Assembly: GCA_964370135.1 (NCBI GenBank)
Contig: CAYJID010000001.1
Coordinates: 1-52,039 of the forward strand
DNA from: an uncultured Akkermansia sp.
GTDB taxonomy: Bacteria; Verrucomicrobiota; Verrucomicrobiia; Verrucomicrobiales; Akkermansiaceae
DNA length: 52,039 bases
Direction of reading: 5' to 3'
Below the pieces are notes generated by a model. The model did no database searches and was not told where the DNA came from. It saw only the letters and a list, made by a program, of their open reading frames with translations. The translations under genes were made by a program, and so were the position numbers. Each line of letters starts with the position of its first letter. Within the stretch, counting starts at the first letter, position 1. Below, one piece after another: positions 35,093 through 45,900 of this stretch.

Positions 35093-36223
35093 ATGTCAGA
35101 CCCCAACAACACCGCACAAATCACGGAGATGTACCGTGAGAGCTACGAGCCCGTACTCATTCGCAACCTCCAGCAAAACGAGAGCGTTATCAAGCCCTAC
35201 GCTAGGATTCTTAGCGGCTGCAAGGGAGAGAGCCGCGTCATGAGCAGCATTGGCGATACCAAGCTCAACCGTCGTACAAGCCGACTTCAGAGAATCGTCC
35301 GATCTGAGCTGCCATACGGTGAGCGCCGTATGCTCCCTGAGCTCTTCGACAAAGCACTCATCATGTCAACTGATGACCAAGCTCTCAAGGGCGAGTTCCC
35401 CGCCAAGATGGATGATCTCATTGTCGAGCTCACTGCTGCCGCCGCCCGCTCCTGCGATGAGGTGCTTCTCGGCACTATCTACGATGATGACATCAACGAC
35501 TACATCATCAAGCAGCATGACAGCATTTCAGACACCGCCGAGGATGGCAGCCCCTATGAGGGCGGCACGACGGGCGGTATCTTCGGTGATGCGTATGCGG
35601 GCAAGAATGGCACCATCAAGAAGCCCCTGCCTCTCCAGCCCTACCTGACTGGAACAGGGCTCGCCGCCACCTACGACCTCTACACGGGTGAAGCCTCCAC
35701 GCCTCTTGACTTCAAGAAAACGAACGTCATTCCTGTCAACTGGGTCGAGAGCGGCTCGACCAATGAGACAAACTTGACACTAGACAAGATTCTCGTCGCT
35801 ATCACCTGCATGGAGACGCGTCACGCTCACCGCAAGGGGGATAAACTCTGCCTCGCCATCACGCCGCGACAAAAGCTCGAGATGATACGCTGGGAAGAGA
35901 TGCAAAATCAAAACTACGGTTTCCAATCATTGAAGAGTGGCCATGTCAACGAGCTACTCGGCGTTAACATTCTCGTCACAGACATGCTGCCCCGCGTCAA
36001 TGTCGGCACGGTCGCGAATCCCCACTGGGTGCGCGCCCTGCCCATGTGGAAGCAAGAAGACATCTGCTTCGGCGTGTGGCAAGATACGAAATGCCATGTG
36101 ACACCTCTTGATCAAGACTATATTGACGTGGTGCAAGTCCTGCTCACTTGTGGCTTCGGCGCAGGTCGCAAGCGTGAGGAATCCGTGCTCTCCATTCTCG
36201 TAGACGAAGGCCTCAACAACTAA
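35093..36223 (+). CDS. Major capsid protein
   Basis: LQQ.ES.., AAAR..DEV, G.V..LLGVNI and FGAGR.REE.V pattern; position after scaffold; followed by a terminator. Confidence 0.88.
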   Translation: MSDPNNTAQITEMYRESYEPVLIRNLQQNESVIKPYARILSGCKGESRVMSSIGDTKLNRRTSRLQRIVRSELPYGERRMLPELFDKALIMSTDDQALKGEFPAKMDDLIVELTAAAARSCDEVLLGTIYDDDINDYIIKQHDSISDTAEDGSPYEGGTTGGIFGDAYAGKNGTIKKPLPLQPYLTGTGLAATYDLYTGEASTPLDFKKTNVIPVNWVESGSTNETNLTLDKILVAITCMETRHAHRKGDKLCLAITPRQKLEMIRWEEMQNQNYGFQSLKSGHVNELLGVNILVTDMLPRVNVGTVANPHWVRALPMWKQEDICFGVWQDTKCHVTPLDQDYIDVVQVLLTCGFGAGRKREESVLSILVDEGLNN

Positions 36224-36250
36224 GCCCCTACCAAAACCACCGCCCCCCGT

Positions 36251-36288
36251 GAGGCTGTCTTTCACCCACGAAAGACAGCCTCCTTTTA
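36251..36288 (+). terminator. Rho-independent terminator after the capsid gene
   Basis: GAGGCTGTCTTTC-ACCCAC-GAAAGACAGCCTC followed by CTTTTATT. Confidence 0.8.
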
Positions 36289-36318
36289 TTAGAATCATTC
36301 CTATGTGAATCCCCGCCC

Positions 36319-36873
36319 ATGGACAAGTACAAAATCTACGAGCTCGCCCTCAACGCCATCGGCGAGAAAGAATACCGTGCCGACTCCCCGAATGCGAAGC
36401 CCTGCGACATCGAGTTTGACACCGTGCTACGCGAATGCCTCAGCCGCTACGCGTGGACATTCGCGCGAAAGCTCATCACCCTGAGCCCCAACGAGAGCCC
36501 AGAGAGTGGCATCTACCCCCTGCCTGTCGACTGCCTGCGCCTCCTCTCGCTCAGCCCCGCCTACGACTTCCAGCTCATCGGCGAGCAGCTCCACATCCCC
36601 GAGGCGAGCGGAGAGCTCACGCTGCTCTACATCTCCGACGACATCGCGCGGCGCGGAGAGATCCCCGACCGCTACCCCGCCTTCTGCCGAGCTGTCATCT
36701 GCCTGCTCGCCTCGCGCATCACCATGGCCGTGACAGGACAGATGCAGCTCGTAGCCCACATGGAGGAGCTCAGCGCGCGCCACCTCGCCACCGCCATCAC
36801 AAAAGACCGCCAGCAAGACGCGAGCAACGATCAAGACCCCTTCGCCCGCATCGCAGAATCAAGCATCTACTAA
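36319..36873 (+). CDS. Tail tubular protein A / head-tail adaptor (T7 gp11-like)
   Basis: I..LALN.IGE, L....WTFA, YPLP.DCLR and F..A....LA pattern. Confidence 0.85.
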   Translation: MDKYKIYELALNAIGEKEYRADSPNAKPCDIEFDTVLRECLSRYAWTFARKLITLSPNESPESGIYPLPVDCLRLLSLSPAYDFQLIGEQLHIPEASGELTLLYISDDIARRGEIPDRYPAFCRAVICLLASRITMAVTGQMQLVAHMEELSARHLATAITKDRQQDASNDQDPFARIAESSIY

Positions 36874-36877
36874 CAAC

Positions 36878-37549
36878 ATGGGATTTGTCAACAACATCTT
36901 CGGCAGTATCACCGAGGCACGCGGCATCGAGGGACAAGCCGACCTCAAGCGCATCCAAGGCGCCGCTCAGCGCGACGCCGCCCACCGCCAAGCCGACGCC
37001 ACCGAGCGCGAAGCCCGCCAGAACGCCGAGCTCGCAGGACTCCAAATGCGCCAGAGCCGCAGCGCACAGACAGCCGCCGCAGGACAGACACGCACCGCCC
37101 GCGCCGCTGCAGGCTTCGACATGACCAGCGGCAGCGGCGGCGCGGCAGAGCAAGCCGTCTCAGCCTCCTTTGACGACCAGATAGCCAACATGGCACTCTC
37201 CAGCAGCATCCAGCAGGCGAACGCCATCAACGCCGCCACCACCGCCCGCCATAGCGGCAACGTCGCCCAACTCTCGGCGAACCTCACCGCCGACAACATG
37301 GACGCACAAGCCAAGGCCATGAGAAATAGCGCATGGTTCTCCGCTGCTGGTGGGCTCGTCGGTGCCGTCTCAGGCGGCATCGACAGCTATAACAAGGGCG
37401 GGGACTGGAGGCAAATCACCGCCTCCTCCATGAGTGGGGCGAATACCTTCAGCTCCGTCGCAAACGCCTTCAACCCCTACACCTCCCAGCACACCAGCCA
37501 AGGCTGGGACAAGAACTTCATCGGCAATTTCCTTTCACACACAACATGA
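36878..37549 (+). CDS. Internal virion (ejection) protein, T7 gp14-like
   Basis: Ala/Gln-rich helical protein with A.AAAGF...GS motif and Gly-rich hydrophobic segment; typical position. Confidence 0.7.
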   Translation: MGFVNNIFGSITEARGIEGQADLKRIQGAAQRDAAHRQADATEREARQNAELAGLQMRQSRSAQTAAAGQTRTARAAAGFDMTSGSGGAAEQAVSASFDDQIANMALSSSIQQANAINAATTARHSGNVAQLSANLTADNMDAQAKAMRNSAWFSAAGGLVGAVSGGIDSYNKGGDWRQITASSMSGANTFSSVANAFNPYTSQHTSQGWDKNFIGNFLSHTT

Positions 37550-39921
37550 GCAACATCTACCAAGGAGCCCAGCACCAGCTCACCGCCACCCCCGCCCCCA
37601 CCTTTGACGGCGGGGGTGTCACCCAGCGCAACCAACAGGGCGCAAAGCGCGCCTTTCAGAACTTCAGCGGACTCGGCGAGCAAGTCGTTCGCTTCGTCGA
37701 CTTCTCCACCCAGCAAGAAGACGAAGCCCGCCTCCACCAAGCCGCCCGAGACTTTGATGTAGAAGTCGAGAACCGCCTCATGCTCCCCGACGGACACAGC
37801 GATTCATTCTTTGAGCCCAACGGCTCATTGAGACAGCACAAGCTCAACGCCCTCACGCAGAAATACCAGAAGGACTTCTCAGGCATCGGGCAACAAATCA
37901 TCGACCCCGAAGCCCGCCTCCAGATGCAAAGCCGCGCCCAACACGCCATCGACGGCATGAGCGCCAGCCTCATCTCACGCGGTGCAAAAGAAGCCCAGCG
38001 CAAGGCTATGGTGAACTACCAGAACAACCAAGCTCTCGCCCTCGAGCGCGGCGACTACGCCACCGCGCTGAGCTCCAATGAAGCCGCCGTCCGCGCCGGC
38101 CTCATCCCCCAGAGCGAAGCCGATTTGAAGAACCACCAAATCGGACAGCAAAGCCTCATGCAGAGCGCGCAGAGTCTCTATCAAAGCGACCCTCTCCAAT
38201 TCATCGCCGCCATGGACAGAGGTGAATACAACGGTGCCGACGTGGGCAACATGGGGCAGCTCCAGAGCCTCTACAACCGCTCTATGGGCGCATTCCAACG
38301 CCCGCCCCGCACGCGCGAGGTGAAGGACGCGAGCGGAAAGACCATCAGGACAGAAGAGGTGAAAGAAGCCCCTTGGGGGCTTCCCTCCAACATGGTAAAG
38401 CTCTACAACCAATACGGCGGCAGCTTTGACGCATCCACCCAGCAGCATGAGGTGCGCCCCGCCCTGCGCCAGTACGTCGAGTACATCGCCCACACCAATC
38501 CGCAAGCCTTCGACACGCCCGAGACGCAGCAGCACATTGAGGAGATCAGCAAGGCATTCGGCAATGATGCGAGCTACGCTAAGGATTTGATCAAATCCGT
38601 CCAGTCCCAGATGACAAGCCCCGCCGCCTATGACCCATGGGGCGCGATGGAGCAAGTAGATTTCTCTGAGACCTTTTCTGAAAAATCACAGAAAGACCTC
38701 CGCTCATGGCGTAAAGAACTCCGTGATCTCACACACAAGAAGTACCACGATGACGACGAGCTCACCGATGAAGAAAAGAAGCGCATGGATCAGCTGGAGG
38801 AGACGCTCAAGGAGTGGGAGGGTTTCACCAAGGATGCGCGCTCGCGCCTCACCGCGCAGACAAAAGAAAGCTATGCTCTCTGGAGGAACACCCCCGAGGG
38901 CAAGAAGGCATCCTATAACGAGCAAGTCGATCAGTTCTGGAATATCTTCGACACCTACGCCCAGAACGTCGATGCCTCACAATGGGACATCGTCAAAGAG
39001 GAAAAAGCCCGCGCCCACCAATACAATTCCGAGCTCAAGGAGCAGCGCGCCCGCCAAGAGGACGAGTACACCAACTACCAGACCGACATCACGCAAACGG
39101 ATGTCGTGCGAAGCAATCACAAGGCGCAGGAGCTAGGCATCATCCAGCCCCCACAGGCAGAAGAAGCCCCCCCGCGCTACGACCCCCTTGAGGCAGCGCG
39201 AGCAAGCGCGCCCGCTACTCGCCCCTCTCCCTCTTCTCACACCCTAGGCCGCGACTACGCCGCCGTCTCACGCCGTGAGGACTACGTCCGAGAGCCCATC
39301 CTCTACGTACCCAAGGGACAGCCCTATCTTTCCACCATGCTGCTGAGAAATGGCGACGTAGAAGCTTATGCGCGCGTCGTCGAGACAGACGAGGTGAGCA
39401 GCCCCACCATGTCCGCCGTACTGCGTGGACAGCTGGGAGACGTGCAGGGCACAGCGGGACAGCTCAACATCCGCGACGGCGTGGGCGAGCTCTCCGCTCG
39501 AGCGCGTGGGAACTACGCCACAGGCGGCTTTGCGGGGCAGCTCAATGTCTCACGCATTCCCGCCCCCTTGCGCCCCTACGCCAAGGATTATATCGAATGC
39601 GGAGAGAAGTACGGCGTGAATCCCGCGCTGCTCGTCGCCATCTCCATGCACGAGACGGCGAACGGCACGAGCAATGCCTTCAGAAACAAGCGCAACGCCA
39701 TGGGCATCTCCAATGCCAAGGGCGTAGTGGCTCAGTCCTCAGTCCGCGCCTCTATCGAGCGCATGGCGCGCCTCATGGGCACCGCCCGCATGTACAAGGG
39801 CAAAGACCTTCCAGCTATCGCCCGAGTCTATGCGCCTGTAGGAGCGGGGAATGACCCTCGCGGCTATAACCAATACTGGACACGAGGCGTGTCCAAGTAC
39901 ATCAACCAAATCACTTCCTAA
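37546..39921 (+). CDS. Internal virion protein with C-terminal lysozyme-fold (glucosaminidase/GH73-like) domain
   Basis: KYGVNPALLVAISMHETANGTS...NAMGI...YAPVGAGNDP.G.N.YW..GV at the C-terminus; helical N-terminus. Confidence 0.8.
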   Translation: MSNIYQGAQHQLTATPAPTFDGGGVTQRNQQGAKRAFQNFSGLGEQVVRFVDFSTQQEDEARLHQAARDFDVEVENRLMLPDGHSDSFFEPNGSLRQHKLNALTQKYQKDFSGIGQQIIDPEARLQMQSRAQHAIDGMSASLISRGAKEAQRKAMVNYQNNQALALERGDYATALSSNEAAVRAGLIPQSEADLKNHQIGQQSLMQSAQSLYQSDPLQFIAAMDRGEYNGADVGNMGQLQSLYNRSMGAFQRPPRTREVKDASGKTIRTEEVKEAPWGLPSNMVKLYNQYGGSFDASTQQHEVRPALRQYVEYIAHTNPQAFDTPETQQHIEEISKAFGNDASYAKDLIKSVQSQMTSPAAYDPWGAMEQVDFSETFSEKSQKDLRSWRKELRDLTHKKYHDDDELTDEEKKRMDQLEETLKEWEGFTKDARSRLTAQTKESYALWRNTPEGKKASYNEQVDQFWNIFDTYAQNVDASQWDIVKEEKARAHQYNSELKEQRARQEDEYTNYQTDITQTDVVRSNHKAQELGIIQPPQAEEAPPRYDPLEAARASAPATRPSPSSHTLGRDYAAVSRREDYVREPILYVPKGQPYLSTMLLRNGDVEAYARVVETDEVSSPTMSAVLRGQLGDVQGTAGQLNIRDGVGELSARARGNYATGGFAGQLNVSRIPAPLRPYAKDYIECGEKYGVNPALLVAISMHETANGTSNAFRNKRNAMGISNAKGVVAQSSVRASIERMARLMGTARMYKGKDLPAIARVYAPVGAGNDPRGYNQYWTRGVSKYINQITS

Positions 39922-39928
39922 TACACAC

Positions 39929-42900
39929 ATGAGCTTTTCATTCTTCCCATCAAACACAGCAGCCCCCGACATAGACAATCACGACCTGCTCCCCATCGGT
40001 GCTGACCGACACGACAGCAGCGACGAGGCGCGGCAAGCACATCTGCAGGGCATCAGTAGCTACCTCATGTCCGAGCACGATGAGGGAGCGCGCCAACGCG
40101 TCACCGACACCCTAGGACGCGTCCCCGATGTCGCCGATACCAAGTCGCGCAACTACTGGGCAGGGCGCGCCTATGCGAAGGCAAACGGCTTCTACGGCAA
40201 TCCTGAAAACTACTGGCGCGCCCAGAATATGAAGCTCCCCTACGCCGAGAAGAAGGGCGACATGTACGAGCTCATCGGTGCCGAGCTCGCGCAAAAGACC
40301 CACACCCATCACCTCCAGCTCAAGCAGCAAGAGAAGGAATACGAAGCCTTCGAAGCGCGCAACGCCGACACCCTCAGCAAGCTACTTGCAGGACACGACT
40401 ATGAGGAGTTCTACGGAGAGGGTGGGGGCATCAGCAGCATCGACATGCAGCAACTAGGCGAGCAGATGGATAGTAGCGTCATGGATCATGTCGCCGCGCT
40501 ACCATGGAAGCAGAAAGCGCCGATGTCGCGCAATCCCCTCCTCGACATGACAGCAGAAGCCGAAGGCGTGAACATGCAGAAAGTCCTCCGCATCAATGCA
40601 GTCATGAAGCAAGTGCGCAAAGCCGCCCAGCTCACCGAGGACGGCGACTTCAAAGCCCACGACGCGCTACGCCGCGTCGGCGACAAGATAGGCACCCTCG
40701 TCGCCAACATCGCCGAGATAGATAAAGACGGCAACTACCACATCCCAGAAGAAGATCTCGCCTACATCCACCGAGGACTCATGACCATAGCCGAGGAGAT
40801 CAAGGAGCGTGACGTGGTCGACTCACTCGACAACTTCAACCTTGCCTTCATGTCAACATTTGATGACATAGCGGCTTTCTTGGTGAATTTTGAAGCCTCC
40901 AGCGGAAATGATCGCATCTCTCAAGAGGCATTGGATGCTCAAGAAGCGGCTCACTTGAAGAGCTGGCAGTTATTCGAATACGGTGAGAATAACCCAGCCT
41001 TTATAGATGGACATGTCATCCGCACGCCAGATGAATACGTCCAGCGCTATATGCAACGCTTCTATGATCAGAATGCACGTGTCACAAGAAACGAGCTCGC
41101 ACGCAAGCAGCACACCGCCATACGCCAGCTTCAGGGCGCATTCCAAGCCTACGCCCAAGTAGCAGCCTCCTCCGCCGACCATCTTGCATGGTACAAGAAA
41201 GTCACCAAAGGCGCGGCAGCCATGGCGGGGGACTCTGCACTCTACTTGCTCCCCATCGTGGGGCAAAGCGTAGGCACCGCTGGCGCGATTGCCTCAGGCT
41301 ATGAGCGCAATATGAACAGCAACTACTTCGAAGGACTCCGAGGATCAGAAGCCCTCGTCCGCTCATGGCAGGATGACAACATTCAAGCCCTAGTCGAGCT
41401 GCTCCCCTGGTCACGCGTCGGCGGTGCCGGCCTCAACAAATGGGCGGGCAAGATGCTCAACAAGGGCAAAGTCGGCACCCTCACACGCTCCATCGCAAAG
41501 TTCTCAAGCCGCGGCGGTCTGCGCGCCTACGCCCTTGAGGTAGGCGGCATGTTCATCGACGAGGGACTCATTGAGCCGCTCAGCGGTGGTATTCTCACAT
41601 TGACCTCAGACGCCGCCCTCGATGCGCTAGGCATCGCCCACGGAGAGTCACGCAGCTTCTCTGAGGCCTTTGAGGACATCACGGAGCTCTACGAAGACCC
41701 CGCGCAAGCAGGAGCACTCGGGCTCTTCTCCGCCGTGCTCAACGGCGCACGCCTCCCCGCACTGCTCTCCCAGTCCCGACACTTCGCCACGCTGAGCGAC
41801 ACATGGGAGCGCGTCGGACTCAGCAAAGCACAAGCCCAGCGCGTCATTGAATCTGAGAACCCGCTGGACGCAGGGCAAAAACTCTGGCAGGAGGAGATGG
41901 CCAAAGACCCCACCGCCGTCCGCGAGCGCATGAGAAAGAAGAGCAAGCAGCAGCCAGAAGAAGGCTCTATCCTCCTTGCCACAGGACAGATGCAGGGCGC
42001 AGAAGGCGACGCGAACCGCATCCGTCAGGAGACATGGCGCGAGATGCAGCAGCGCGGATTCGTCCCGCAGGTCGAGGCACTCGGGGAGCGCGATGGAGAA
42101 GAGCACTTCCGCATCACCGAGCTCTCCCCCAATGGCGAGCAAGTCCTTGCCACCCACGAATTCAACGCCAAGAAAGCCGACGACTACCTAGCCGCCCGCA
42201 TCACCATGGCCGAGCAACGCCACTTCGCAGGGCAGCAGAATGTCATCTATGGCGCGATGAGTGACCATGCAAGCCAAATCGTCGGCGAAGCCATGGCTCA
42301 AGCCGCCGAGAACACCGACGGCAAGAAGGGCATCACCATTGAGAACCTCAACGAACTCCCCGAAGGCATAGGCGAGCACGTACAGCGCGACGGCATGCTC
42401 ACCATCAAGAGCATCAAGCTCGCCGCCGAGAAGCTAGGAGGCAAGTGGAAGAGCGTCTTCTCCAGCTTCGCCGAGCGACAGAGTATCGCCGAGCAGCAGG
42501 GCGCGAGTGCCACAGGCTCAGCCGTGCTGCGCATGCGTGAGGCATCACCCTACAACACGCGCGGCATCCACGGCAGCACCATTCACGTCGCACGCGGCAG
42601 CGCACGCGCGCATGAGGTGCTCGAAGACACCATTGAGTCATTCGCCGACATGGACTTGCAGGAGCGCGCCCTGCGCCTCACCGACGAGCAGAGCCTCACC
42701 CCTGAGGAGGCGATGAAAGCCGCCTTCTCCGAGCAGGTCGCCATGGTGCGCGCCACGCGTGACTCTCTCATGCGCATCGACTCTAGCCTGAAGCTCCCCG
42801 AGCTCCCCGAGGATGCCAGCTACATGCAGCTCATCGAGACACTCAGCCAGATGGGCGTCAGCCAGATGCTCACCACGGGGCTACTCCCCAAGGAGCTCGA

Positions 42901-45900
42901 CCCCATCACCGACATGATCAAGGGAGCCGTCGACCTCTCCGCACAGTCCGTCAAGCTCGCGCGCGCTTGGAAAAAGGCAAAAGACCAGGGCCTCGACGGC
43001 CTCCCCGAGATGTCCGACTACTTTGACCAGCTAGGCATGGACGTACGCGACACCTTCACCCGCGCCCGCATCGACGAGCGCGTACTCGAAGCCGTGCGCA
43101 AATCGCGCCCCATCATCCAAGGACAGCAGCAGCTCATGGGCGTCGACGTCCCCACCGTCGAGCAGATTAGAGAAGAGCAAGCAGCCGCTCAAGCGCGAGA
43201 CGACGAAGAAGAAGCCTTCGAGGACAAGCACCGCATCGAGGCGAGCCCCCAGCAGGTGCAGCAAGCCCACACCTCCGACGTCGAGCAGCAGCTCACCCAC
43301 ACCTCCAGCCGCGCCTCCGCCGCCGTGCACGGCGTCTTCGTCGACAACGCCGCCGCCTACAACAAGGCGGGCGGCTACTGGATGGGCTGCATTCCCGTCA
43401 AGCAGCTCAGCGACTCCAAGGACGTGCAGCAGGTGAAGGCGGGTGCCAAGGGCAAGCACGGCGTCATCAACCCCATCACAGGCGACTACCAGCAGGACAC
43501 AGAAGCCATTTATGTATGGAAGCGCAAGGACGGCAGATTAGAAGTCATCTCAGGTCGCCACAAATACGATCTCGCTCTACGCACCGACACCGAGGCCGTC
43601 ACCTGCTACGTCTACCTTGAGAGCAGCAAGCACGATGCCAAGTGGGCACGCCTCCTCGACTTTGAGAACAACATGCGCGGCGACCAAGCCGACGAGCTCA
43701 CCGCCGCCATCTACACCCGCGAGACAGGCTACACAGACCAGCAACTCCAGCGCAAGGGGCTTATGCGCAACAAGTCCAAGAGCAAGCGCGGCATCCTCAT
43801 CGGACGCGAAGCCAGAGAAGAACTCTGGACACGCTTCAAGAATGGTGTGATCTCACCCATGGACGCAGAGATCATCGTCCAGATGACGAAGAATCTACGC
43901 AACGCCGAACGCATCGAGGACATACAGGCGAAGTGCGTCCACCTCCTCGACCAGAAAAAGAGCTGGGACTATATTTCCGCCATGGTCCAGCTCATGGCCA
44001 GCAAGGAAAGCGTCTTCATGAAGCAGGGGCTGCTCGATCTCGGAGCTGACTTCGAAGCCGACATGGAGAAGGCAGCCGCCTACATCGAAAAGAGCGTGCA
44101 GGGGCTCAATGAAGCCATCACCATCATCAAGCAGGGCAAGAAACTCTCAGGCAAGAAAAAGGAGCTCGCCCAGCGTCTCGGACTCTCCACCACCTCCCAG
44201 ACCGAGACCGAGCAAAAGCTCGACGACCTCACCCTCATGAAGGAAATGTTTGCAAGCGTCGGCTCCTACCCCGAGCTCATCGCCGCCGCCCAGATGTGGG
44301 ACGGCAAGGCCGAGCTCGACCCTGTCGGCTACGCCCTCAGCTATGCCACCAAAGCCCGCGAGCGCGCCAACGCCGAGAAAGAACTGAGCCGCGAAGACTG
44401 GGAACAATCCCAAGTCGACTACAGCGGCATGGGCGAGTTCTCCTTTAGCACACGCCGCACACTAGACGAGCTAGGGCTCAAGCCCAGCGATGTCGTGCGC
44501 CCTCAACGCTATGCAAGCACGAGAGAAGAAGCAAAGGAAATACTATTCGGCGTTCGTGGTACTATGTTCCGACGTAGAGAGGGTAGTAAGAAAGATTCTG
44601 ACCTAGTACCCATTCAGGGAAGAGGTGTGATAGCTAAAGATACAGATTTCGAAGCTTTCGTAACAAGCAAAACGATCAGAAAAGCGACATCAGCTGAGGC
44701 TATAAAGAAAACACTCCGCTCAACATCAGCCGATTATCATTTTATCGCGGCTGCAAATATTGATTATTTATGGGGGCAATCCTTCGCCTTTACAATCAAG
44801 CCAGATAAAAGGGGTAAAGCCAATATCAAGGGTGTGCATCAACGTATAGCTTATATTTTAATTAATCAAGATTTGTGTCAGGTAAAGCTAACCGCGAAAG
44901 AATTTCACAACGAAAAAGACATCAATCACCTTTATAGTGTCGAAATAGAGAATGTAGAAAAAATAAATGAGCTTGATGTTAAAGCGAAGCGGTTTGATTC
45001 TCAAGAGAACAATCCACATACACATAATCAAGCTCAAGGTGATGATAGCACATTGAGCCCCGATGTCAAGCCCACATCGAGCACGGATGTCAATTTTACT
45101 GCATCAGTGCGAAACTGGAAAGCGCGCCAAATCCAAGAAGTCCTATCCAGTGAAGAAGGGCAGAAACTCGATGCCTACATCAAAAGCATCCCTGAGAACG
45201 GCGACACGAGCAGCATGCCTGATCTCATCCTACGTACACTTGATAGCGATGAGGCACAAGATCTCTCTAGCCTCCTAGGCGTTGACCTCACAGGTGCCCA
45301 GATCATCATCTCTTCTTCTAGCATCATCCACGCGCTCAGAAAGCACGGCAACGACAGCCAGACAGAGGAGCTACAGCGTGACTTGACCATGGATGACATC
45401 TTGCTGCTGCCCCTTATCATTAGAAACAAAGACAGCGTAGAAACGTCAGGGAAGAAGAAAATTCACTTCTTCAAGAATCTTGACGATGGTCGTATCCATC
45501 AGGTGTATTTTGTACTGGAGCGTAGCAAAAATAAACCGCCCAGGCTGAAATTAAAAACAGCATGGGCGGAGGCGCTACGCTCAGGGATCACACCTGAGAT
45601 GGAATCACTTAATGATAGGGGCCTTAATGCCCAACATAGCGGAAGTATTGTGACAAATATTCACCATGGAGTCAAGAAAATTTACCCTGAGAATTTCTCC
45701 TCCTTCTCCATGCGCACCTTCTCCGAGAGTGCCATGGCAGCCCGCGCTGTCTTCGCCGAGCGCGCCGATGAGAAAGAAAGCATCCAGCTGCTCAAGCGAT
45801 ATGATCTACTCATCGACACGCTCCAAGAATCGCTCGCCGCTAGCAACCGCGACGAGACACTCGGTACCGGCGCGCAACGCTACGCCGCTATCATTTCCCT

